NCBI RefSeq assembly: GCF_964355755.1
Contig: NC_092678.1
Location: forward strand, 25,065,365 to 25,129,364
DNA from: Antedon mediterranea
Taxonomy: Eukaryota > Animalia > Echinodermata
Length of the DNA: 64,000 bases
Direction of reading: 5' to 3'
In this document: positions 1 through 14,000 of the stretch, piece after piece
How positions within the stretch are numbered: position 1 is the stretch's first letter
Layout of the letters: each line of letters opens with the position of its first letter
Translations under genes and position numbers: made by a program
The notes under the pieces: model-generated
Told to the model about the DNA's origin: nothing
Database searches by the model: none
What the model saw: the letters and a program-made list of their open reading frames with translations, nothing else

Positions 1-122
1 ACAGACTTACTGAAGGACAACTTACTGTTGAGTTGAGTGTCCTTTTATTATCACAGTTTAAATAGAATACAGATATTATACTATCTTATTTTTTATACTA
101 TTTATAGGCATCCAATTCTTAA

Positions 123-301
123 TACTCTATCTATTTCCGAAGCATCATAGGAATATTTGGTAATACAACATCACATGTGTCACATGTATCTAGTAGTAAC
201 CTAACCCTTAACTAACTTCACATGATACAGGCACCACATGTGATATAAATGAGATGTTGTATTACCAAATATTCTTTTGATAATTTGGAAATAGATAGTA
301 T
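123..301. mobile_element. Palindromic MITE-like element
   Basis: TATCTATTTCC...GAATATTTGGTAATACAACATC pairs with GATGTTGTATTACCAAATATTC...GGAAATAGATA. Confidence 0.65.
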
Positions 302-378
302 GTGAAGATACAGCACTGGGAATTGGGTGTTATAGATATACAGTTTGGCTATATATTGTAAAATAAATTATCTTATAC

Positions 379-3300
379 CTTTCACATACAGATTGACCGT
401 GACCCTCTCCTGAACACGATCTGTACGTGCCAAGCAGGAATAAGGTCCTTCATCTTCCAGTCGTGCTGACAAGACAGTCAGAGTGTTATCGTCATCTACA
501 ACAAAATTCTCAACATTTTCTCCAATGTTCTGTCCATCGGGTCCTTGCCATATAATGTCTCTAACCTCGGTAGTTGAAAAGCGAATTTGGCACATGAAGC
601 TTGTTGATTGGCCGACAACGAGGGTTCGAGATGAAGGAAGTACGACCATTTGAATCTTGTCAGAGACTGCAATAAATTAAAAAAAGAAAAGTAGATTAAA
701 CATGTATTCGACATGTGTCTAAAGTTTATGTGACAAAAAAATGTGTAATTTGACATCATCATGTCCATATGGGCACATCACAATATCTTGTCAATTTAAG
801 TTTTTTTACATATATATATTTAGGAAAATTTCCAAGGATAACCATAAGCGAATTCATTTACTATCCTTCTTAAAGATGGCAATCCTGTTCACAAGACAAA
901 CATATACAAAAGATGTTCTACATAAACAAAGTCTTATTACAAGTAACTTTAAGTCTATATAGAGATATATACCCTTTAAACCGTAAGTGTACCCCAAATT
1001 TATTGTGCATTGAAATATACAAGTAATTTACCTTCTACTATGACATTGAAGTCAATTTGAACTTCAGATTCTCCATTACCAACAACACAGGTGTACACTC
1101 CACCCTCATACACTTCAATATGGCGAATTACCAGATAGCCACCTTCTACAAATTCAAATTTGTAACCAGCGACAATCTAACAGAGAGAAGAATTGTTATT
1201 TTAAATTGTTTAATCTTGTTTTTTTTTAATCCTTGTGCTTTTATTGAAGTTAGTTACTTACTTATTAGTTTCAAACCTGTATTTGAAATTATATTAGGAT
1301 TTTTAATAATGTACATGTTGCAAAGAGTATTGATGTAATAGTAGCACCAAAGGTTGCCAGAAAAAGATGTTGTTTGATTTGCTCATCAATTAAAAAATTA
1401 AAAGATGCCGTTTGCTGTCCCAACAAGATGGTAATATCATGATCCATTATTAAATTAAAATCTCTAGAAATTAGGCAAGGCCATTACAAAATCAAGAGAA
1501 AACTCTTAGTATGCTATGAAGTGCTGAATAGGTTCTACGACGGAGGATCCCATGTGTATATATGTAATGTAAAAGTAATGTTTGTTGCATACCTCATCTC
1601 CATTTGCTGTCCTCCAAGTAGTTGTGGGAGCAGGAGCACCGTATCCCTCACATCGTAATGCCACATGGCTGCCTTCTGCCACTCTCCATTCCACGTTTGA
1701 AGTTTCAAGTATTCGTGGAGAAAACTCTAAAATATTTAATAATACAAAAATTCAATTTCGTTTGTGAAACCATTCTCTTGTCAAAGCTGTGATGAGGATT
1801 AGATCAGGATTAACTGATTAATCTTGAGTTGGTGGGTTTAAGTATTCACTTAAGTATGTTCTTACCTACAACATTGATGGCAACATTGGTAATGATAGTA
1901 CCAAAGACGTTTGATGCCCTGCATGTGTACACTCCACGGTTTTCTACATTGGCGGAAACTATTTGTAGTCTATTGTCCCGGAAACGCACATTGTCTGAAA
2001 ATTGTAAGAAAGTAAAGATGTGAAAACTTTACAAATACAGTGAAGAATATTTCCACAATCACGATACAAGGTGTTTAGAACGATATGCCTGTGCTCCCCT
2101 CATTAGTATTATCGAAGCCACAATTTAATACCTACAACCAGGTTTCCCGACAACATTGATGCTATCCATAAACTGTACCTATATTTAATGTTATTATCAA
2201 AGCCTGTAACTTTATACGTACATGGTAAATAAGAGATAGATAATTGCTGGCCATTGAAAAACCAGTCGTATGAAACATCTGGAACAGCCTCAGCCTCACA
2301 GGTCAGTGTAATGTCATCTCCAACAGAAAGAACAACATCTTGCATCTCAGTCAGCCAAGACGGTTTATCTGAAAACATTCAATTAGGATTTCTCGTTATG
2401 ATATACACTCATTTGAAATACTTTTCTGCAAAATTAATTCTATCTTTGTATTGAATTTTTGTCAAATCCAAAACTGGCAACACAAGCGATACATACATAC
2501 CTCAAAACATTAAATATTAGAAAATCAGAATTTTATTGTTTTAATATACACTCATTTGAGATACTTTTTTTTTTTAATTTATTCTATCGTTATTTGCATT
2601 GGACTTTTATCAAGTCCAAAACTGACAACAATAAAAAGCGATATTTTTGTCATACCTCCAACGATGACGTCAACAAATCCTTCAAACTGATCCCCAACAC
2701 CATTCTGAGATGTGCATCTGTATCTGCCAGAGTCTTCATACGCTGCGTTGAACACGGTCATTTTCAATCCTCCATTCGTGAACACAGCTTCTGGTATGGC
2801 GCCACCAATCTTGTCCCAAGTCGTTGTAGGAGTTGGGCTTAAAGGATAATGGAAAATATTAAAACCAGATATTTTATAAATAAATGATGTATTAGGTTAT
2901 TGTATTAATGTACTTTGTATAAAGTACAACATGATGTCATAGTAGGGCAAACATCTGACAGGTATTAATTGTAAATGTATTTGTGGAAGTGCATCTGGAC
3001 TAGCGTAAGCTATTTTGTCATACCTGTGTCACTCTGTTTTGTAGTGAATAAATAAATGACTGAACACAATGCATTTTAAACTTACAATGCCTGAGGGCTG
3101 CACCACAAACTAAACGTGTCACCAGAGGCTGCATAGACAGTGTCCTGAAGAGCAGTTGCAAGCTGTACTTGTCTAGGTGCTGTAGGCTCATCATCTGAAA
3201 AAGAATTTGAGATTTTCATTCTTATTCTTATTTCTTATTCTTTATTGCCAATCATAAAAACAACAACAACAATTAAACAAACAACTACAAAGTGGTAGGA

Positions 3301-5090
3301 AACACAAAAGGAAACATGTTACTCAACACTGAAACACACCTGATAAAATGAGGCGATGAACTCGTGAGTAGAGAGCCTTGAAGATGACATCATTGAAGAT
3401 AGAACATACGTAAACATCAACATCTTCCTCTTTCATGTTGGAAATCACAAGATTATTTTCATTATCTTGGTAGACACGACTGTCGTACACCAATGGGTTA
3501 TTATAGCGCCCTCTGCTCCAGAATACGCGAGGAGGTGGGTATGAATTCGGCGAGTCACAGTGAAGCTTGGTGAAATTGTTCAACGTGACCTCATGTGTCA
3601 AAATTGGTTGAAACGGTACACTATCCATATCTGTAGGAAAAATGTGTTTAAAAATTTAAAAAAAAATCCAACAACCTTGAGTAAATCACATAAACAAACA
3701 GCGAAACGTTGACCTAACAAATTCTGATTAAATTGAAGAATGATAGGCCCCTCCGACAATCCCGAACTTGAAGGTTCTAATATAGATGGCGCTCTACCAA
3801 CTACAAGGTTTCACAATAACGTTTCCAAGTTACATGGACTCACTCGTGATTCTAAAGCATAAGATAATAATGGATGAATAAAAGAAATCGGATACCAACT
3901 ACAGTATGTGGTCGCTAGCGCCTTGAGCACTTTCAGTGGATATGTGCGCTATATATATAAATTATTATTATTATTATTATTAAACTGTGTCAATGAACCA
4001 GCGAAAGCTCAAGTAAAGTTTATGATTTATATCAGATCATCAGAAATAAAATTGATCAATAGAAGGATATACACTTACATGGAACACGAAGTTCTAATGG
4101 AGCTGACTCGGCCGTGCCTGCATTATTGCTTGCTACACATCGGTACATCCCATTATCATGGGCATTGCGTTCCTCGATGCGTAGTGTGTTTCCATCAAGA
4201 GTAACGCCATCAGCTGACGTAATAGTCACTCCATCCTTCCTCCAACTTATACTATTGAAATATAAGGGTTATAATACACTGTTACTTCTCTGTCTGGTTA
4301 GTGGATTATGATCAATAGTGGTTTTGTTGATGAGAAAAGCTGATTCATTATTACTTTATTTAAACAACATAAATTGCTTTCAAACCTTCATCTTATACTA
4401 AAAGTAAAGGTAAAGTCAAAACCTAAGCTAATGCTAACGGCCATGGTGCCCATCTCCATTTCTTTAGCGTTTGGGCCAGACTCCACTATGTGTGTATGTT
4501 TGTGGGGGGTACGCCACTCCTCCCGCACAAACGAGTCTGATTTACCTTCCCAGTACTTTTTACATACCGGTACCCATTTCTATCACCTGGGTGGGGAGGA
4601 ACAATGTGGATAAAGAATCTTGCTCAAGGACTCAACACTGCAGTGACCGAGCCGGGGCTTGAACCGACAACCTCTTGATTGCAAGTCCAATGCTCTAACC
4701 ACTGCGCCACAGTGCTCCACATCTTATACTATTGAAGTATAAAGCTCTGTCTACACTATCAAACTGTATGTGATGTACACATATATGGACATGATGATGT
4801 CATATCACTATCATATTTGGGCATATCACTACCATATTTGGGCACATTACACTTTTTTTGTCAAACTAGTTTTATAATATGCTGTCACTTCTCTGCTAGG
4901 TTAGTGGATTATGATCAACATTGGGGGTTTTTCAATAAAGAAATGAAGAGTTGATGAAAAAAGCATGACTTTTTAAAAATTGCTTTCAAACCTTGGTTCA
5001 TCAGCCCCTTCTGCTTCACAACGAAGTTCCAGTTCTTTTCCTACTGATCTTGTTCTTGAGACCTTTGAAATACGTGGTGGAATTGGCACT
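379..5090 (-). CDS. Six Ig (I-set/C2) domains, L1CAM/neuroglian/contactin-like
   Basis: Ig1 LELRCEAEGADEPSISWRKDG...DVPMCSK read in the coding frame as a D.x.Y.C-type motif; Ig2 LHCDSPNSYPPPRVFW...DVDVYVC; Ig3 TWDKIGG...EDSGRYRC; Ig4 PSWL...LTCEAEAVP; Ig5 LRCEGYGAPAPTTTW; Ig6 FMCQ...EDEGPYSC. Confidence 0.85.
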
Positions 5091-8000
5091 TAAAGAAAAA
5101 AACAAATCAACCATAAATTAAGCAGTTCTTAAAAGTTGAACATTTTTTTCCAATATTCAACTGGATAATTATTTCTCATTTCACTTCTCGGACACATTTG
5201 TTTACATTGTTAGCGTTGGCATAATAGGGCGTGTGGCGCAGTGTGTTGGACGTTGGACTACCGATCGTCAGACCTAGGTTCGAATCCAACTCTCACCGCA
5301 TTGCTTGTATCCGTAGGCAAGATACTTTACTTACGTTGCCTCTCTCCACCCAGGTGTATAAATGGGTACCCAGTTAGATCTAGATCTAGGTTACCGGCTG
5401 CATTATGGGAGTATGTTTCCATACGTGTTTGATCCCAAAAAATACTGGGGTAATAATGCTTGTAAAGCGCCTTTGAGCATGATTACTCATGAAAAGGGCC
5501 CTATATAAATGTGGTATTATTATTATATTATTATTATTAAACTTTCAAGAGCGTAGAGTAAAAAATCAGTGGGGTCAAAGGTCTTTTTACGTTGAAGCCC
5601 CTAATGTATGGAACAGTTTACCATCAACAGTTGCTCCTGAACAGTTTCAAAACCAACATGAAGACGTCGCTATTTGCTGATGTACTCTCCAATTTTAATG
5701 CACAAATGTGCTCCACATGGGTTGGGGACACCAGTGCTATATAAGTTTTCATTTATTATAATTAATTTCTCTAGTAATTGGTGTAAACTGGTTATTAAAG
5801 ATTTACATGAAGTTCTACAAAATAAAAGTTTTTTGATGTTTATATCATTTTACCTTCTTCTACATAGTTACATCGGCAAGTACTGCAACCACTTGCGTCT
5901 AAAATATACCCTATTGGTCCACAATCAATTTTACACGTCCGTGTCTCACAAACAGGTACCCCTATAAAATTGAAAAATCAATGCATTATGACTGTGTTTA
6001 CCTGGACACAGGTATGCATGTCAGTTTTATATTGAAAATAATGAAAATAATGAGTTGGATAGAAATTGGAGCAAGAAGAGCAAATTAAATATTTAATTTT
6101 ATAATAATTTATTAAAAGAGCTTTTCAACTATACAAAGAGAAAAGAGACATACAATTAGATATAAAAAATAAATCTAAACTTACGGAATGGATTAAAGCA
6201 TTCACAAATGTCGCAACCTGTCTCTGAATCTTCGACGAAGCCAAATCCGCAAGAAAGATCACAATTGATTGGAGGACAAGTTGGTGCTAAAAAAAAAGAA
6301 GCAATCAAGATTTAGTAATGCAGCAAGTCAAAATGTTCTCAATGGATTGCATAATTGACCAATCAAATGAATGCGTTACTAACCTGGTGGGAGGTTGCAT
6401 GAACATATTTCGCACCCATTTGAATCCACTTGGTTGCCATGCTCACAGAAGATTGTACACACAAATGGTGGACATGCTGGCTCTAAAAAATAGACATTGT
6501 GATCAACTTTTTATTTTTTGAAACAAAATCATATTTTGTTTCAAATAACATACAATTATTGCTACCAACAGAATGTTTGTTGACTAAATTTATTTTTTTC
6601 TTACCTGGAGGAGCATTGCAAGCACAAACTTCACACCCATTTTCATCAACCTGGTTGCCATGCTTGCAGAATATTAAACAGAGAAATGGTGGACAAGTTG
6701 GTTCTAAAAAAATAACACAATGTAAGACAAATAGTATCAAATAGAATAAAACTCATATAAAAAAGTAAATAATTTGTTTAAAATATTTTACCTGGTGGTG
6801 GGTTACATTCACAAATTTCACACCCATTCTCATCAACCTGGTTGCCATGCTCACAGTACATAAAACACACAAATGGTGGACATGTTGGTTCTGAAAAATA
6901 AATATTTAAAACAAATATTATATAACAGAATTTGAGAAATGCAGAATAAAAGGTTTAAAAAAAAAATAATTTGTTTCAAATATTTTACCTGGTGGTGGGT
7001 TACATTCACAAATTTCACACCCATTCTCATCAACCTGGTTGCCATGCTCACAGTAGATAAAACACACAAATGGCGGACATGTTGGTTCTAAAAATAAATA
7101 TTTAAAACAAATAGTGTCAAATAGAATTTGAGAAATGCAGAATAAAATGTTTAAAAAAAAAATAATTTGTTTAAAATATTTTACCTGGTGGTGGGTTACA
7201 TTCACAAATTTCACACCCATTCTCATCAACCTGGTTGCCATGCTCACAGTAGATAAAACACACAAATGGCGGACATGTTGGTTCTAAAAATAAATATTTA
7301 AAACAAATAGTGTCAAATAGAATTTCAGAAATGCAGAATAAAATGTTTAAAAAAAAAATAATTTGTTTAAAATATTTTACCTGGTGGTGGGTTACATTCA
7401 CAAATTTCACACCCATTCTCATCAACCTGGTTGCCATGCTCACAGTAGATAAAACACACAAATGGCGGACATGTTGGTTCTAAAAATAAATATTTAAAAC
7501 AAATAGTATCAAATAGAATTTGAGACATGCAGAATAAAATGGTTAAAAGAAGTAAATAATTTCAAATATTTTACCTGGTGGTGGGTTACATTCACAAATT
7601 TCACACCCATTCTCATCAACTTGGTTGCCATGCTCACAGTAGATAAAACACACAAATGGTGGACATGTTGGTTCTAAAAAAATAAAAATTGAAAACAAAT
7701 AGTATATAACAGAATTTGAGAAATGCAGAATAAAATGTTTAAAAAAGTAAATAATTTGTTTAAAATATTTTACCTGGTGGTGGGTTACATTCACAAATTT
7801 CACACCCATTCTCATCAACCTGGTTGCCATGCTCACAGTAGATAAAACACAAAAATGGTGGACATGTTGGTTCTAAAAAATAATTTATTTAAAACAATTT
7901 ATATAAAATAGAATTTGATTGTATAAAATAGATTTAGTCTGATAAAAAAGTAAATAATTTGTTTAAAATATTTTACCTGGTGGTGGGTTACATTCACAAA

Positions 8001-11000
8001 TTTCACACCCATTCTCATCAACCTGGTTGCCATGCTTACAGTAGATGAAACACACAAATGGTGGACATGTTGGTTCTGAAAAATAAATATTTAAAACAAA
8101 TAGTATATAACAGAATTTGAGAAATGCAGAATAAAATGTTAAAAAAAAAAATAATTTGTTTAAAATATTTTACCTGGTGGTGGGTTACATTCACAAATTT
8201 CACACCCATTCTCATCAACCTGGTTGCCATGCTCACAGTAGATAAAACACACAAATGGTGGACATGTTGGTTCTAAAAATAAATATATTTAAAACAAATA
8301 GTATATAACAGAATACAATGGTTAAAAAAAACATAATTTGCTTAAAATATTTTACCTGGTGGTGGGTTACATTCACACATTTCACAACCATTCTCATCAA
8401 CCTGGTTGCCATGCTCACAGTAGATAAAACACACAAATGGTGGACATGTTGGTTCTGAAAAAAATAACATATTTAAAACAAATAGTATCAAATAGAATTT
8501 GAGACATGCAGAATAACATTAAAAACGTACATAACTTCTTAATATTTTACCTGGTGGTGGAGGTTTACATTGACAAGTTTCACATCCATTCTCATCAGCT
8601 TCATGGCCATATATACAGTAGATTAAACAGGAAACAGGAAGTAAGCATGTTGGGTCTATGAATACAAAGATGCAATTTAGTATTTCACACAAAATAATTG
8701 TGAGATTTAAAGTTCCGTATCACAATAAACCAACACAATTTAAACAATTTTACCTGGTGGTGGGTTACAGTCACAAATTTCGCACCCATTTTCATCAACT
8801 TGGTTACCATGCTCACATAAGTTAGAACATATAATTGGTGAACATGTTGATGGAACTGAAAGATATAATATAGCAGGATTATGATTGGCTAACCTACACT
8901 GAAATATTCAACTGATGTCAAAGGTTATCAGATGAGATAACAATAAGGTTTTTACCTTCTGGTTGTTTTTTACATTTACATGTGAAACAATCACCATCAT
9001 CAAAATCATAACCAAATTCACACGTTCTTTTAAATTTACAGATGGCAGTAAAACCAGAACATGGAGCAGCTGCGAAACAAAAATAAAAAATTGGTTTGAA
9101 TCCATCTACTTTTTTTTATATCATATTTTGCAAAAAAGTCAAGTATTCAGTAAATTACAATGTGTGAGTGTGCAATATTTGCATCTATAAAACAATTTCA
9201 AACTATTTTCACTTATTTATTTATAAATTGTGACCTTCCCAACAGGTAACAGGCCTGTGAAATGAACTAAGCCTAAAGCTCTATCTACAATATCAAACTT
9301 TATGTGACAAAAAATGTGATGTGCCCATATATGGACATGATGATGTCATATCACTACTATATTTGGTCATATCACTACCATATTTGGGCACATCACATTT
9401 TTGTCCAAATAGTTTGATAGTGTAGACAGGGCTTTAGAGTTCCTTATCATTCCTTATGTAAGCTTGAATGTCAAAACTAAAGGTGAAGCGTGTGGTCTGG
9501 TACGATGTTACAAAACATAAAAGTGAATTTTACTTTATCTTTTGTGTGACTCAATAATGTCAATAAAGTTACCTTTACACGAAGGTGGTGTTCCCGACGC
9601 AGGGCCAAGCGGTTCGCCTGTTACTGTGTCGACACAGATACAGCTGCAAAAAATATACAGAACATTACAATATGCTCATTGATCGATGTATATTAAATAG
9701 AAGATTTTTTGAATGACTAATCAATGCTTTAATAGATAACTTATACAGTTGGACGACTTGGGCCATTCCATTCACTGTCAAGGGGTGTTGTAGTAATAGC
9801 AACATATATGTAGATACAGCTTATACAGTTCACTGAGGCCATTCCATTCACTGTCAATGTTTCAAGTTTCCATGGTTGTTCTAGTAATAGCAACATAATA
9901 TGTAGATACCAGCTAAACACTCTGGTAGTTACTTAGTTACTTACTTTCCGAGTGGAGGACACTGCATTGGTTCATAATCGCCGTTCTCGTCACAAGTGGG
10001 AGAGAATCCACCATCAGAATTATCACGTGCAATTATACATCTAAAATCAGTAATTTAAATATGGTTATAGAGTCACTCTCCCAATAACGGACTTTCTCAA
10101 AAATGGGAACTCTCCCAATACCAGACTTTCCTTGAAGTCCAAACAGTCCCAAATTCATTTTTACCATTAAAAATACATTCCAAATACCAGAAGGAGAGTT
10201 GACTGTACATATATAAAAAACTAATAAACAACAATTTATATAAAAAAAATTGTTGTGCTAAATATGGCATCTAAACATGCTGATGGAATAAGTATAATAC
10301 TGATACATCACAAACAAAATTAAATTATTTTCCAACCGTTTTCCTGCACTTGGTGTAATATCAACAACTTCTGTAACTTCAACCACTTTTTGGGTTGCAA
10401 CAACTGCAATATCTACTGAAAAAAGTGGTTAAATCAAATCAAATCAAATCAAATCTTTATTCAGAATCTTTTAACAGTTAACATCGCTTTAATGTCCGGC
10501 TGATTTTGTGTTGTAAAAAATAATATCAAACAGTGGGAGGTGGTGTGATTACCTTCTTCAGTGACTGGTTCAACTTCTTTTTCAATCGTTGCTGTTACTT
10601 CATCTGCTTCTTGAGTTGGAACGACCGCAGTATCTACCAAAAAAGAGCGTCAAAAAGTTATCAACTTCTGTGATTGTATGAATACTGGATTATTAGTTTT
10701 ACAGTACTATATTATGTGTTACTAATTTCCCACTTCTATCAATAAAACATTTAACACTCTACGACCTAGGAATATTGTGTCACTGGTCATTGCCTGAACT
10801 CCGCCAAAACTGTTAAGTTAAGAAATGTCCTAGCATGCATACAATTATTTTACTTGGATGGAATATATGGATGGATGGAATATGTGGATGGAATAGGTGG
10901 ATGTAATAGACGGATGGTGTACATATGCGCAAGAGTTTCTGAATTTAGTATGTTATAATAATGAGGAATGATGATAACAATATGATTACCTGGTAGGCAT

Positions 11001-14000
11001 TCACAAGTAAAACAGCCTCTGTCATCTTTAGCATATCCAGCTGGGCACGAACCATAACATACTCTGATACCACAATCCTCAGGTTCTAACATAAAAAAAA
11101 GAAATCGGAGCAAATACATTAAAAAATCATTTTTTACAATTACAAAAAACAGCACACGTTTGGTTATTTCTGTAATGGTTACCTTCTACAGTGACCGATT
11201 CATAACTCTCAATAGCTTCAGTTACGATTTCAAGTTCAGCTCCTGAAGATGAAACTCCTTTAGCCCCTGGGGTTGGAACAACTTCATCATCCTCTACAAA
11301 TAAACAGCCAGATATTGATCAAATTAAAAATTAATGTGATTCAGGGAGTAGCTCTTGGGGTGCACACTCCCCGCTTTTGAAAGATAATGATTTTTAAACA
11401 TACCTGGCAGACAATCACAAGTAAAGCAACCATTTTCCATTTTGACATAACCAGCTTCACAGTAAATGTAGCAAAATATGTTGCCACAAACACTTTCTAT
11501 AAAAATTTTAAAAGATAAAATATTGAACAATATTTTACTTCAAAGCCTGCAAGTTTGAATATATATGCAACGTTTGAATGTATATGCAACATTAGAAATA
11601 AATGTCAAATAATGAATCAGGAACATTTGCATTGTAATTTTTCGAAATGTCTACTACAGTTTTAGATGTGTGCCTACCTGTTGCAGTGACGGGTTCAAAT
11701 CCACCTTCGGTTACAAATTCAACTTCTGCTTGTTTCGTTGGTGTCACTCCGATTTCCTCGGGCACTACATATTTTTGTGTGTAAAGTAAAAATAAAAAGA
11801 AAATCATACATTTTGTGCCTAACAAATGCAATGATAATTGTTACAATGATGATGGTAGATAGTTAGGACGGTTAGGATGGAATAGATGGATGGAATAGTT
11901 GGATGAAATGGATGGATAGATTGGATGGAATGGGTGGATGGAATAGTTGGATGAGATGGATGGATAGATTGGATGGAATGGGTGGATGGAATAGTTGGAT
12001 GAAATGGATGGATGGATTGGATGGAATGGGTGGATGGAATAGTATAGTGGTTGACATCGGGTCATAAATGGAACATATATGATTTTTAAACATACCTGGC
12101 AGACAATCACAAGTAGGGCAACCATTTTCCATTTTGACATAACCAGCTTTACAGTAAACAAAGCAAAATATGTTGCCACAAATACTTTCTATATAATAAA
12201 GATAGTAATAGATTAGTTTATTTTATTGAACAATAATTTTACTTACTTCACCCAAACAAGTTTTGAGAATTTTAAAGTAAACATGTAATTTATTTATGGT
12301 CAAGATCATACTAAATGAGACTTACCTTCCACAGTGACTTGATTCGTAGGTTGTGTGACCTCTTCAACTGGTATCTTGGTAGGAGCTGTTCAAATATTAA
12401 TTGTTGTCTTTATTTAGCATTCTTTTAGTAGTTTTTTTCTAATTCATACAGGAATAACTTTTTAATTTAATGTTGTCTTTTAGAAAAGTAATTGTAAAAT
12501 TGTAAAAGTACCTGGCAAGCATGTGCATGTGTAACAGCCATGGTCATCTAGGAGGTAACCATCAGTACATATTCCATAACAAATGACAATACCACAATCA
12601 GTATCTGAAAGCATTACCATATAAATATATGATCATTACACACTACGAAACATTAAATCAGACTCCATGCACTTTTTGTCAATTATTTGAATCATTACTT
12701 TACCTCCATCTACTTCTCCTGCTATTTCGGTTACCATTTCAACTTCAAAATCCGTAACAGTCGCACCATCATCTTTTGAAAGTGAATGAAGAAAAGAATC
12801 ATTCAATTTAATGTCATTCTCATTCTGCCTTATTACATATTACTATCAAAACTATATATAGCTTTGAAAAGTAGTACTACAGTGTGTAGCAGTACCATAG
12901 TTGTGCTGTAGCAGTAAGCAGTGCTATAGTTGTGCTGTAGCAGTAAGCAGTGCTATAGTTGTGCTGTAGCAGTAAGCAGTGCTATAGTTGTGCTGTAGCA
13001 GTAAGCAGTGCTATAGTTGTGCTGTAGCAGTAAGCAGTGCTATAGCTGTGCTGTAGCAGTAAGCAGTGCTATAGCTGTGCTGTAGCAGTAAGCAGTGCTA
13101 TAGTTGTGCTGTAGCAGTAAGCAGTGCTATAGCTGTGCTGTAGCAGTAAGCAGTGCTATAGTTGTGCTGTAGCAGTAAGCAGTGCTATAGTTGTGCTGTA
13201 GCAGTAAGCAGTGCTATAGTTGTGCTGTAGCAGTAAGCAGTGCTATAGTTGTGCTGTAGCAGTAAGCAGTGCTATAGTTGTGCTGTAGCAGTAAGCAGTG
13301 CTATAGTTGTGCTGTAGCAGTAAGCAGTGCTATAGCTGTGCTGTAGCAGTAAGCAGTGCTATAGCTGTGCTGTAGCAGTAAGCAGTGCTATAGTTGTGCT
13401 GTAGCAGTAAGCAGTGCTATAGTTGTGCTGTAGTGTACTACTGTAGCTGTGCTTTAGCAGTATATAGCTGTGTTGTAGCAGCACTGTTGCAATACCGTTG
13501 TAACATTGTTGTAACAGTGTTTTAACAGTGTGGTATTGTTATAACAGTGTTATAACAGTGTGGTAACAGTGTTGACATTGTTGTAACAGTGTTTTAACAG
13601 TGTGGTATTGTTATAACAGTGTTATAACAGTGTGGTAACAGTGTTGACATTGTTGTAACATTGTTGTAACATTGTTGTAATGGTGTCGTTGGTGCTACAC
13701 TGCTCAATTAAAAGTTTAATGTGCTTACCAGGCAAACAATCACAAGTTACACAATCATTTTCATCTGTAGCGTAGCCATTTGGACATTCAGCGTAACAAA
13801 CAATCGAGCCACATTTGCCTATAAAAAACATTTTTATAATAATAATATGCAGATATTTATAACACGCAATTAACCAACATAACAAAAGGTTCTGTGAACA
13901 AATAAACAATTTGAAAACATAAAAAAAAACGACTATCAGTATTTTAATCTATCAACTAAATTTGGCATGTGGATTGCTAAGAACAAATGTTGAGTTTTTA

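Noticed and set aside
4640-4720. Functional tRNA genes at 4640-4720 and 5227-5295
   Set aside because: Both continue into SINE bodies and tails and lack a paired acceptor stem.
6851-8436. Alternative-frame ORFs MCVLSTVSMATRLMRMG...
   Set aside because: Off-frame readings of the antistasin exons running into introns.
6790-8460. Regularly spaced conserved repeats with more variable intervals resembling a repeat-spacer array
   Set aside because: The conserved parts are GT-AG bounded coding exons and the intervals are homologous introns.
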